From NCBI GenBank assembly GCA_041690135.1, contig JAWLHY010000013.1, positions 20,911 to 84,910 of the forward strand: a DNA stretch of 64,000 bases, read 5' to 3'. The position numbers were made by a program, and so were the translations under genes. The first letter of the stretch is position 1. Each line of letters opens with the position of its first letter. Of this stretch, positions 8,494-17,879 are shown one piece after another. The notes under the pieces are model-generated. The model made no database searches and was not told the DNA's origin. It saw nothing but the letters and a program-made list of their open reading frames with translations. The stretch comes from Armatimonadota bacterium (GTDB lineage Bacteria; Armatimonadota; SYMT01).

Positions 8494-10542
8494 ATGAAAC
8501 GTACTGACACTCGCTGTCCCGCACCTAGGGTCCTATGTTCCTTGCTGGCCGCCTGGATCATCCTTCAGAGCATCCCCGTAGGCGCGGCCCCCAAGAAGGA
8601 CACCCGCGACACCATCGGGGTCATTCGTGGGAAACCCAAGAAGGCCCCGCCGCCGAAGAAATCCGCTCCGAACCGAAAGCCCGCGCCGCCGAAGAGGACC
8701 CCACCACGAACCACCGGCCAGTCTCCCAGGCCGACGCCGGCCCCTCCGCCACCTCCCACGGAAAAGCCCGTTCCTACCTTCTACGTGTCGCCGGGCGGCA
8801 AAGACCCGTACCGGACCATCGCCGCGGCGCTGGCGAAGGCGCCCGCGGGGGCCCGGGTGCTGGTGCGCACGGGGATATACAGCGAGAGCCTGGTTCTCAC
8901 CCGCGAGCTCGAGGTAGCCCCCGCCTCCCCCAATGACGTGGTGGCCATCGAGAGCCCGCGCGGCCCGGCGGTTCTGATGAAAACCGCAAAGGCCACGCTC
9001 CGCCACCTGACGCTCCGGGTGAAGGCGGGCGCCGGGATCTCGGACTTCGCGGTTGAAGTCCCCCAGGGGCAATTGCTGCTCGAGGAATGCACGCTAGGAG
9101 CCGGCGACCGGGCCACTGTGGGCGTATACGGAGGCTCCGCCGATCCGCTGCTGCGGAAGTGCCAGCTTCGCGGGGCGGTGCGCGGGATTGCCCTGTTCGG
9201 CCGCGGGAAGGCTACCCTGGAAGATTGCTCGCTCAATGGCAACTCCATCGCCGGCGCATCGGCTGCGGAAGGGGCCGAGTTGACGGCTCGCGATACCCGT
9301 TTCGGGCAGAACGGACAGGACGGCCTAGTCCTCGATGGTGGAAAGCTGACGGCGGAGAACTGCGAGTTTTCCGCCAACGCCAAAAACGGGCTGTGGGCTA
9401 ACAGCGGTACCCTGGCCCTCGTCCGCTGCCGGTACTATGAGAACCGGTTGAACGGCTTCTGGGTCGAAGGAGTCGTGGAGGGAGAAGCCGAGAGCTGCGA
9501 AATGTTCCGCAACACAAAGGCGGGCCTGGTACTTCGGGGCGGGGGCGAGCCGCGGTTCCTCCATTGCCGCCTCTACGAAAACCGTCGCGAAGGGTTGGTC
9601 GCGGGTCTTCGCGGGCGCGGCCTGCTGGAAGCCTGCGACCTCACCCGGAACGCGACGCACGGCGCGGTGATCAAGGAAGACGCCTCTCCCGTTTTGCGCA
9701 AGTGCCGCCTGGTGAGCGAGGGGCTGGAGACGGTGGTCGTTTCCGAGCGCGGGCAAGGTCTGCTGGAGGGCTGCCAGATCGCGAAGCCCGTTAGCAGCAA
9801 GACGGGGGTCTTGATCGAGCAGGACGGCAAACCCGTGGTGCGCGACTGCAAGATCTCCGGCGGCTGGTGGGGGGTGAGGATCGTGGGGGCCTCCGGGCGG
9901 TTCGAGAACTGCGACATTTCCGGGTCCTCGGGCGAGTGCCTCAAGGTGATCGGGGGCAAGCAGCCGGTTTTCGAGAACTGCCGCATTTTCGGCGGAAAGG
10001 GCATTGGGGTTCTGTTCGAGGGGAAGGGCACGGCCACCATGAACCGCTGCGAGGTGTGGGGGCATGGCGGAACCTGCGTGAAGATCCAGACCCATGCCGA
10101 CCCCACCCTTACGCACTGCACCCTGCGGAACTCAGAGGCTTCCGGCCTGAACTCGGGCCGGGATGCCCGCGGGCGGCTCCTCGACTGTGTACTGATCAAC
10201 AACAAGGGGAACGGCGCGGGCTTCTACTGGCACGGAGCTACGCTGCTGAAGAACTGCCGCATCGAAGGCAACGGCGTGGGCGTGGAGGCACTCAACAACG
10301 GTCAGGGCCTGGTCGACACCTGTCTCATCACGGCTAACCGGCAGGCCGGCGTGCATATTGCCGAGGCCGGCAACCCCGTGTTGAAAGGCTGTACGATCAT
10401 GCGGAACGGGGGCAGCGGGATCCGGGTCTCCGGCACCGGCCGCGGTACGATCGAGAGCGGTGTCGTCGGGCAGAACGCCTCCGGCAATCTGACGCTGGAA
10501 GCGGGAGGGAAGCCGGTAATCCGCGATGTGACGGGGATTTGA
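8494..10542 (+). CDS. Exported right-handed parallel beta-helix repeat protein, paralog 1
   Basis: Signal-like N-terminus, Lys/Pro-rich linker, YRTIAAAL..A..G..VLVRTG.Y.ESL cap, then many ~23-aa C-x-[IFL]-x-x-N-x-x-x-G repeats. Confidence 0.88.
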   Translation: MKRTDTRCPAPRVLCSLLAAWIILQSIPVGAAPKKDTRDTIGVIRGKPKKAPPPKKSAPNRKPAPPKRTPPRTTGQSPRPTPAPPPPPTEKPVPTFYVSPGGKDPYRTIAAALAKAPAGARVLVRTGIYSESLVLTRELEVAPASPNDVVAIESPRGPAVLMKTAKATLRHLTLRVKAGAGISDFAVEVPQGQLLLEECTLGAGDRATVGVYGGSADPLLRKCQLRGAVRGIALFGRGKATLEDCSLNGNSIAGASAAEGAELTARDTRFGQNGQDGLVLDGGKLTAENCEFSANAKNGLWANSGTLALVRCRYYENRLNGFWVEGVVEGEAESCEMFRNTKAGLVLRGGGEPRFLHCRLYENRREGLVAGLRGRGLLEACDLTRNATHGAVIKEDASPVLRKCRLVSEGLETVVVSERGQGLLEGCQIAKPVSSKTGVLIEQDGKPVVRDCKISGGWWGVRIVGASGRFENCDISGSSGECLKVIGGKQPVFENCRIFGGKGIGVLFEGKGTATMNRCEVWGHGGTCVKIQTHADPTLTHCTLRNSEASGLNSGRDARGRLLDCVLINNKGNGAGFYWHGATLLKNCRIEGNGVGVEALNNGQGLVDTCLITANRQAGVHIAEAGNPVLKGCTIMRNGGSGIRVSGTGRGTIESGVVGQNASGNLTLEAGGKPVIRDVTGI

Positions 10543-10547
10543 AGACT

Positions 10548-12590
10548 ATGCGCCACCCGCAACCGCCCCAGCATTGGCTCTGGCACGTCGTCGGGCTCTG
10601 CCTGATCCTCGGATTGAGTGCCGCTGCCGCGCCGAAGAAGGAGAGTTCCTCCACTATCGAGAGCATCCGGGCCAAACGGAAGACGGCGGCACCCGCGAAG
10701 AAGGCTTCCCCGCCCGCCCGGAAACCCTCGACTCCGAAACGGACCGCACCGGCTGCGTCGGCTCGCAAGACCCCGGCCAGGGTAAGCGCTTCCAGCAAGA
10801 AGCCCGCCACCCCCGCTGTTCCGACCCTCTACGTTTCTCCCGGTGGAAAGGACCCCTATCGGACTGTCGCCGCGGCGCTGGCGAAGGCACCCGAGGGCGC
10901 GCGTGTGCTGGTGCGCACGGGGGTTTATCACGAGAGCCTGCTGCTGACCCGCAGCGTGGAAATCACCCCCGCATCGCCTACCGACGTGGTAGTGATCGAG
11001 AGCCCGCGGGGAGCGGCGCTCACCTTGCGGGCAGCGAAGGGAGCGGTACGCGCGGTGACATTCCGGATGGCGACCGGCGCGGGCCTGGGCGATTACACCG
11101 TCGAGGTCCCGCAAGGTGCCCTGATCGTGGAAGACTGTACGATCCATGGGGCCGACATTGCCGCCCTCGGTGTGTTCGGCAGCGGGAGCACGGCACAACT
11201 CCGGAAAAGTGAAGTGCGTGGAAAGAAGCGCGGCCTCCACGTCTTCGGACATGGAACGGCGACGCTCGAAGAATGCGCGCTGCTCCAGGCCGAGGAAGAC
11301 GGTGCCCTGGTAACCGACGCAGGCGAACTAACGGCAAAGGCGTGCCGTTTCGGCCGCAACGGGCAGAACGGGCTCACCATCCGCGCCGCGAAGGCCGTGG
11401 TCGACGACTGCGATTTTTCGGGAAACGGTCGCCACGGGATCGCGGCCCTCAAGGCAACCGCCTCCATCACGAACTGCCGGGTGTACGACAGCGCGCTGGA
11501 CGGCGTGTGGGTGGAAGGGCAGAGCTCCGGGACCTTTCAGGACTGCGATATCTTCCGCAGCGGCCGGACGGGAGTCGTGCTGCATCTTGTACAGGAGATC
11601 CGGTTCGTAGGCTGCAAGCTGCGCGACAACAAACGCGAGGGAATCGTAGCTGCTTCGAAATGCACGGGCGAGTTTGAGAGGTGCGAGATCACCGGAAACG
11701 GAACCCATGCGGTCGTAGTTATGGAAGAGAGTTCTCCCACGCTCCGCCTGTGCCGCATCGCGGGCGGTGAAGTGGACGCAGTTCACATCTGGCGGGCCGG
11801 CAAGGGGACCTTTATCGGGTGCGAGGTCAGCAAGACCGGCGGGGCCGCGGGGGTCGCGCTCCACACCCAGGCGGATCCCACGTTCCGGCAAACCCGGATC
11901 TCCGGTGGCTGGTACGCCGTCTTCATCAACACGGCCAGAGGCGTCTTCGAAGACTGCGATCTCCAGGACAACGCGGGCCCGGCCGTCAACGTTCTGGACG
12001 GCGCCCCGCAGTTCACCCTCTGCCGGGTTCGCAACGCCCGGCAAGAAGGTGTGGTGTTCTCCCGCAGTAGGTGCACCGGTGTACTGGACCGGTGCGAAAT
12101 ACAAGGAACGGGCGGTCCCGGGCTGAAAATTCAGGACGGTGCGGACCCGAAGATCCTCAACTGCACGGTCACCGGGTCGAAGGTCCAGGGCCTGCACGTG
12201 GAGCGGAACGGCAAGGGGACCTTGATGGACTGCAACCTCGTGCGGAACCGCGGCGTGGGCGCCGGGCTCCATTCGGGTAGCGCTACCGTGCTCAAGAACT
12301 GCCGGATCGAGGCCAACTCCCTGGGCGTGCAGGTCTCCCATGATGGAAAGGGCACGCTCGACGGCTGTCTCATCACCGGTAACACCGGCCACGGGGTGGA
12401 GATTCTGCTGGGCGGCGATCCCGTGGTCAAGGGCTGCACCGTCGTTAACAACCGGGGCGCGGGCATCCTCGTCCGGCAAAAGGGGCGCGGCGTCCTGGAA
12501 CCGGGGCCGATGTCCGGCAACCTCGGCGGCAACCTGGTGCGTCAGGACGGCGTCCAGCCCGTGGTGCGGGGAGCGGCCGGACCGTCCTAA
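10548..12590 (+). CDS. Exported right-handed parallel beta-helix repeat protein, paralog 2 (alternative TTG start 10539)
   Basis: Same architecture as upstream gene and colinear with it (VPT.YVSPGGKDPYRT.AAALAKAP.GARVLVRTG.Y.ESL.LTR). Confidence 0.88.
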   Translation: MRHPQPPQHWLWHVVGLCLILGLSAAAAPKKESSSTIESIRAKRKTAAPAKKASPPARKPSTPKRTAPAASARKTPARVSASSKKPATPAVPTLYVSPGGKDPYRTVAAALAKAPEGARVLVRTGVYHESLLLTRSVEITPASPTDVVVIESPRGAALTLRAAKGAVRAVTFRMATGAGLGDYTVEVPQGALIVEDCTIHGADIAALGVFGSGSTAQLRKSEVRGKKRGLHVFGHGTATLEECALLQAEEDGALVTDAGELTAKACRFGRNGQNGLTIRAAKAVVDDCDFSGNGRHGIAALKATASITNCRVYDSALDGVWVEGQSSGTFQDCDIFRSGRTGVVLHLVQEIRFVGCKLRDNKREGIVAASKCTGEFERCEITGNGTHAVVVMEESSPTLRLCRIAGGEVDAVHIWRAGKGTFIGCEVSKTGGAAGVALHTQADPTFRQTRISGGWYAVFINTARGVFEDCDLQDNAGPAVNVLDGAPQFTLCRVRNARQEGVVFSRSRCTGVLDRCEIQGTGGPGLKIQDGADPKILNCTVTGSKVQGLHVERNGKGTLMDCNLVRNRGVGAGLHSGSATVLKNCRIEANSLGVQVSHDGKGTLDGCLITGNTGHGVEILLGGDPVVKGCTVVNNRGAGILVRQKGRGVLEPGPMSGNLGGNLVRQDGVQPVVRGAAGPS

Positions 12591-14131
12591 CCAGCTTCCT
12601 GGCCGAACCGCTCCAGTACCGCCGTGAGCGGGTCCACGACATGTTCTTCAGGCCGCAGCCACTTCTCGATCTGCACCACGGTGCCGCCGGGTCCGGTGGC
12701 CAGCCAGATGGCGTCGACCAGTTGTAGGAGCATGGTAAACCCCATCCCGAGCGACACTTTCGTGGAGAAGCCAGCTTCCAGGACGGTGGCGGGCAGGTCC
12801 TCCGGACGGATGCCGGGCCCGGTGTCACTCACCCGCACCAGGACGCGGTCGTCCGTTACGCTGATGGCGGCGAGCCCGTCCGCTCCATGCTTGATCGCGT
12901 TCGTGGCCACTTCCCCCGCCGCGAGGATCAGCTCATCCATATGGTCTTCGGAGAGCTCAGCGCGTTCCGCAACGTGGCGCAATTCCCGGCGCAGGCGCGC
13001 GTAGCTGGAGGAATCATCCAGGGGAAGCTCTACCCGCCACCGGTCGGGGTTCGGGATCTCCGCCGGCTCCACCAGGTGTAGCCGACCCTTCGTCACCGCC
13101 CGCAAGATCTCGCGGGTGAAGCGCTTCTTCTCGACCTCCGCGTGGAGCAGGCGCTCGACAGCCGCCTCCAACTCCCGTTCGGCCCGCTTCCGTTCCGTAA
13201 TTTCGATCATCACCAGGCCGAGACCCAGCGGAACCGAACTCGCATTGCTGACGGCGTAGAGACTCGCCAGCCAGCAGCGCTCCGGGTTCGCGGCGCTGGG
13301 AGTGCTTACCTCCAGGGCGGCCACCGTTTCGGTTTCTTCGACGCGGCGGATCGCGGGGCCGAGCTGAGCCCAGAGCCCCGGAGCGAGGTCCTGCAGCCGA
13401 CAGCCGAGTTGGCCCCGGGGTCCGGGACCGATCAGGGCGGCCAGGGTGGGATTGATCCGCACCAGGGAGTGGTTCCGGTCCAGGAATGCCAGGGCGGCCG
13501 GGGCATTCGCGTGGAGGGCGTCCAGGAGCGCCAGGGCCGCTTCCGCTTCCGCTCGTTCCTGCTGTATGGAGCGACGCCTGGTGCGCTCCCGCCGTGCCGC
13601 CTCCGCTTGTTCACGCGCCTCCCGCATCGCGGACCGGAGCTCAATTTCGGTGACCACGGAGGCGGTGAGGGCCAGCATCGTATCGACCTCGTCCTCGGTC
13701 CAGGAGCGGGGATGGTCGTCAATCACGCAGAAGCTGCCCAGCACACAGCCCGTGGCCGTAACGAGGGGGATGCCCAGGTAGGCTACGACATGGAGATCGC
13801 GGATGGCCAGGTTCTCCAGAACGAGGGGATGCTCGCGAGCATCTTCGATGATGAGCGGAGCCTGGGTTTCCACGACGTGCTTACAGAAGGAATGCGTCAG
13901 TGGCGTCTCCCTCCACGACATCCACGGCTCCGGCAACCCCAGGCAACTTTTGAAGAACTGCCGATCCTCGTCCAGAATGGTTACCAGGGCCACCGGGGTA
14001 CGGATGATCTTGGCCGCCAGCCTGGCCAGACGATCGAACGCTTCCTCCGCCGGGCTATCCAGCAGTCCCAGCCGCTCCGGATTGCAGCGCTCGGCGGCGG
14101 GGCTCCCGGTGTTGACCTGCTGGTTTGGCAT
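12587..14131 (-). CDS. GAF-PAS-HATPase_c_2 (RsbW-like) sensor protein
   Basis: GAF (EEAFDRL..SFC.HV..HPL..N...YLG.PL..G..LG.FC.ID), PAS-like (AFLDR....RINP.LA), EVATNAIKH, DTGPGI, SLGMGF; GGAGG RBS before ATG 14131. Confidence 0.88.
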   Translation of the reverse strand: MPNQQVNTGSPAAERCNPERLGLLDSPAEEAFDRLARLAAKIIRTPVALVTILDEDRQFFKSCLGLPEPWMSWRETPLTHSFCKHVVETQAPLIIEDAREHPLVLENLAIRDLHVVAYLGIPLVTATGCVLGSFCVIDDHPRSWTEDEVDTMLALTASVVTEIELRSAMREAREQAEAARRERTRRRSIQQERAEAEAALALLDALHANAPAALAFLDRNHSLVRINPTLAALIGPGPRGQLGCRLQDLAPGLWAQLGPAIRRVEETETVAALEVSTPSAANPERCWLASLYAVSNASSVPLGLGLVMIEITERKRAERELEAAVERLLHAEVEKKRFTREILRAVTKGRLHLVEPAEIPNPDRWRVELPLDDSSSYARLRRELRHVAERAELSEDHMDELILAAGEVATNAIKHGADGLAAISVTDDRVLVRVSDTGPGIRPEDLPATVLEAGFSTKVSLGMGFTMLLQLVDAIWLATGPGGTVVQIEKWLRPEEHVVDPLTAVLERFGQEAG

Positions 14132-14310
14132 GGATTCCGCTTTGCCTCCTCGGTCGGAGGTCCGGCTATCGGAACCGGACCGGATGCGCACCTCCGTCTG
14201 GAGTCTGCCCCGGAATCGCCGTTCCTACGCCCCACCCCGGATGCAGGGCATCTGCGTCGGCATTCCGCTGTGCGGGCGGGGGCGGACAGCTGGCCCAGTT
14301 TTCCGACTCC

Positions 14311-15450
14311 TCACCGCGCCGCCGCTGGGAGCGGTGCCGGAGTGCCGTAGTTCCGCTCGACCTCGTCCGCCGCGGAAGCATCCAGCGCGCGCAACTGGCG
14401 AAGCGCTTCCTGATATTCTGTGTGGCGCTTCTGATAACCGTAGATCTCGGCGAGACCCCGCCAAGCCAGCGCGGCATTACCTCCCACGCGGAGGCTATCC
14501 CGGTAGCCTTCGATGGCCCGTGCGTAATCCCGGCGGCCCAGCGCCCGATGCACCTGCACCCTCTGCCAGTCTTCGGACCATGGGCACCATGTGAAGGGAA
14601 GGAGCGAAATCCCAACGAGGGCGGCAATTCCGGCGTAGCCCAGAACCCTCCGTTCGCGGAATGCGAAAGCGTGAGCGACGGCCAGCCCGAAGAGTAGCCC
14701 TCCCCCATGCGCGCCGTTGGCGATGGGCAGAAGGCCCAACAAGTCCGCGACGATGCAGAAGGCCCCCCAGCCGAGGAACAGCCGGACGGTGGAGTCGTCT
14801 ACCACTTCGGCCAGGTCGGCGTAGCGGCTCCGCGCGGCCCAGCCGAAACCAAAGAGGGCATAACCCACCCCCGACATCCCGATACCGAACGACCCGGTAG
14901 CCAGTTGAACGGCGGAACTGACCGCCGCCGCACCGAGAAAGAAGGCTACCCACCGGACGGAGCCTACAGAGCGCTCGAATGCGCCGCCCAGGACCCACAG
15001 CCAATAGAGGTTGAAGACCAGGTGGAGGAGCTCGAAGTGGATGAAGGTGTGAGTGATCAGACCCCAGTAAGCCCCGTTGATGACCTCGGCGCCGCCGGTG
15101 TAGCCCCAGCGTTGGAGTGTTTCCGCCGCCCCGCCGGAGAAGGCGATGCCTCCGGAGATAACAAGGCAAGCACCGAAGAGCAATCGGGTAACGGGTCCGG
15201 GCGGCTTTGCGGTGGTCCGTGCCAGGCCGGACGGGCTTTCCTGCCCCAACCCGGCACCGGCGTCGCCAGGCACCTGCGGGGCGACAGCTACGAAACCCGC
15301 GGCCGGGGAGCAGCGGGGACAGCCGTCTCCTCGATAGACTCCGCTCGTGCCACACTGGGCGCAGCGCCCTTCGGCACCCGCGCACTCCAGGCACAGAATG
15401 GACCCGGCCGGGATTTGCCGCGAGCAGCTTTCACAGGGATGAAGATCCAT
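14311..15450 (-). CDS. Rhomboid intramembrane serine protease with N-terminal Zn-ribbons and C-terminal TPR
   Basis: H..HL.FN, GMSG and AHGGG motifs; four CxxC pairs at the N-terminus; TPR-like tail. Confidence 0.9.
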   Translation of the reverse strand: MDLHPCESCSRQIPAGSILCLECAGAEGRCAQCGTSGVYRGDGCPRCSPAAGFVAVAPQVPGDAGAGLGQESPSGLARTTAKPPGPVTRLLFGACLVISGGIAFSGGAAETLQRWGYTGGAEVINGAYWGLITHTFIHFELLHLVFNLYWLWVLGGAFERSVGSVRWVAFFLGAAAVSSAVQLATGSFGIGMSGVGYALFGFGWAARSRYADLAEVVDDSTVRLFLGWGAFCIVADLLGLLPIANGAHGGGLLFGLAVAHAFAFRERRVLGYAGIAALVGISLLPFTWCPWSEDWQRVQVHRALGRRDYARAIEGYRDSLRVGGNAALAWRGLAEIYGYQKRHTEYQEALRQLRALDASAADEVERNYGTPAPLPAAAR

Positions 15451-15640
15451 CAACAGCTCCCATTCTCAGCGCCGAACCACAACCCACCTTACCATGAGGA
15501 TTCGCAAATGAACAGCGGCCGACCTTCCGCGTCTTTCCCACGTGCCCGCACTACGGCTCTGGAACGCAGTACGTCGCGAAGGGAGCGGCCCCCGTGGGCC
15601 ACTCCCTTCGTTCTTCGCTCCAGGGGTTGTTGACCGGGAA

Positions 15641-16681
15641 TCAGAAGCCGCGGTCGTTGAAGGCCACCCGCTGGTTCAGCAGGATGCCGAACTCACTGCC
15701 CTCGGCCAGATTCACGTTGGAATACTCGCGGTCCCGGTCCCGATTGATGTAGCCGTAGATGGCGCCACCGATACCGCCCAGGAGCGCGCCCTTCAACCAG
15801 TCGTCATCGCCCAGGACGCCGCCCAGGATCGCGCCGGCGCCCGCACCGTAGCCGACCCACTTCCAGTCGAACTGGTTCGTGCCTTGCCGCCGGGCTACGA
15901 GCCGGCCATCGGCTGCCTGCCGGACACTGTCCTTGTCCAGGCTGGCGAGGCTGGCATTCAGGGGTACCGACGTGCCGTCCGGCAGGATGGCGCGATCGAA
16001 CGCGACGTCCAGGATGCCCGGTTGATTACGGCTGGCCGCCTGGACCTGGGTCACGCGTCCCTCGAAGCGGGTACCCGCTGGGAAGCGGCTGCGGTCGTTC
16101 GGGTCCACGGTCGCCTGGAAGCGATCGCCCACGCGCGAAGTCTCGCTGCTCAGGCGGTCATCTAATTGAGCTCGGACCACGGTCTCTGCGGGAATGACCA
16201 TCCGGTTGATTTCCTCCCGCTCGCCCGCGACCACTTCTCCCGTGGGACTGATCGCGACGGTCCGCAATTCGGGAAGCCAGGCCACCTGCGCGCCCAGTGC
16301 TTCCGCCGCGAACCGCAGCGGTACCATCGTTCTTCCGGACATAATCCGCGCGGGCGCGTCGAGATAGGTGGCGTCCCCCTGGACATAAGCCGTGCGGGAG
16401 CCGATCGGCAGCGCAAACGAACGACCGTCACGGGTGCCGTGGACGGTGCGGGTCTGCGGGTCCCAGGTTACCGTTGCATCCAGCGCTCGGGCCACGTCGC
16501 GGAGGGGAATGTAAACTCTCCCCCCGACCTGCATCGGCCGAGCATCCACGAATTGGACCCGGTCGCCATCTACTTCCACGTTAATCTGCGCGGCGGCCGG
16601 TCCGGCCAGGCCTACCGTGAGCAGTGCTGCCATTCCAAAGGCGGTCGGCGCCGCGCTTCGAGATTTCTCAAAATACTTCAT
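15641..16681 (-). CDS. Copper amine oxidase N-terminal (stalk) domain protein with glycine zipper
   Basis: GRVYIPLR.V..AL.A.V.W, GRTMVPLRF.AEALGA.V.W, GAGAGAILGG zipper; signal peptide. Confidence 0.85.
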   Translation of the reverse strand: MKYFEKSRSAAPTAFGMAALLTVGLAGPAAAQINVEVDGDRVQFVDARPMQVGGRVYIPLRDVARALDATVTWDPQTRTVHGTRDGRSFALPIGSRTAYVQGDATYLDAPARIMSGRTMVPLRFAAEALGAQVAWLPELRTVAISPTGEVVAGEREEINRMVIPAETVVRAQLDDRLSSETSRVGDRFQATVDPNDRSRFPAGTRFEGRVTQVQAASRNQPGILDVAFDRAILPDGTSVPLNASLASLDKDSVRQAADGRLVARRQGTNQFDWKWVGYGAGAGAILGGVLGDDDWLKGALLGGIGGAIYGYINRDRDREYSNVNLAEGSEFGILLNQRVAFNDRGF

Positions 16682-16954
16682 CTTCCTGGTCCTTCCCAAG
16701 CAATGTCTTTCCTTTGGTTTGCCTGCGTCTTCGCGTCTCCAGGAACGTTTCCCGGCGTGCTCTGGAGCGCCGCTTTCGGGGTATGGACCCACGAATTCCC
16801 ATCCCCGTTCCCTTCTTCCGGGCGGTTCTTACCCATTCCATTGCGGTTCTATCCGGGCCAAGCGAGCCGGACACATGGCGCATCAGGGAGGTGACGGGGT
16901 TTCGCAGAGGCAACTGTGGCGGCAGTAATACGCCACGCTGTGAGGAGAGAACCG

Positions 16955-17872
16955 ATGGCCCGCCGCAAACCCGCAACTACCACGCATCCGGCGATCGCCG
17001 GTGTCGCACTCCTGGCCCTGACCTTATCCGGGAGCGGCGCCTCCCGGGTAGGGGCCCAGGACCCCGGTGCAACGAAGTATCTGCTGCCGGATCTTTCGGC
17101 TGCCGGCGACGTGCGCTCGGTAGAGGATGTCCTCGACATGAGCATGGACATGACCGTAAGCGTCGAAGGACAGGAGTCAGCGGCGAAGTTCTCGCAGCGC
17201 TCCCGCGAGGCCTATACCGAAACCATCGTGGCGGTAGACGCGGAGGGCGCGCCCACCATGGTGAAGCGCGCCTACACCGTGGCGCGGGAGGCGGAAACGC
17301 CCCCGATGGGAAAGACCGTGGTGCGGGTCTCTTCGCTTCAGGGGAAGACCGTTACCATCCGGATTGCTGGCGATCAGGTTGCCGTGACGGCAGATAAGGG
17401 GATGCTGGCGCCGGAGGATGTGAAAGAGCTCCAGGGGAAGTTCGGCAAAAATGCGGAGCCGGAATTCATCCCCCAGCGGGAGCTCGCATTAGGTGAGGAG
17501 TGGGTCCTGGACGGTGCGGCGTTAGGGAGTGCCTTGAAGGGTCTGGAGAAGGGGGGAATCCGGGGGAAGTTGGAGCGAATATTCCCGAAACACGGGCATT
17601 CCCTGGCGGAGGTCCGGTTCAACATGCAACTCCACGGTACGCCCGAGGGAGCGCCCCTGCCTCTCACGATGAAGGGCGCCGGCACCGGGATTTACGACCT
17701 CACTCTCAAGCGGGAGCGGGACATGCAGTTTTCGGGCCCCGTCACCACCGAAGGGGAGATCGAGGAGAACGGTCACAAGCTGAAGCTGAAGGGCGAGGGG
17801 AAGATGAATGCCAGCACGAAGGTCCAGTGGCTGAAAGTCGCCGGCAAACCGGTCCCCCCCGTCGCCCGTTAG
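16955..17872 (+). CDS. Hypothetical secreted protein
   Basis: GAGGAG RBS, signal peptide, coding-like codon usage. Confidence 0.75.
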   Translation: MARRKPATTTHPAIAGVALLALTLSGSGASRVGAQDPGATKYLLPDLSAAGDVRSVEDVLDMSMDMTVSVEGQESAAKFSQRSREAYTETIVAVDAEGAPTMVKRAYTVAREAETPPMGKTVVRVSSLQGKTVTIRIAGDQVAVTADKGMLAPEDVKELQGKFGKNAEPEFIPQRELALGEEWVLDGAALGSALKGLEKGGIRGKLERIFPKHGHSLAEVRFNMQLHGTPEGAPLPLTMKGAGTGIYDLTLKRERDMQFSGPVTTEGEIEENGHKLKLKGEGKMNASTKVQWLKVAGKPVPPVAR

Positions 17873-17879
17873 AACTCTG

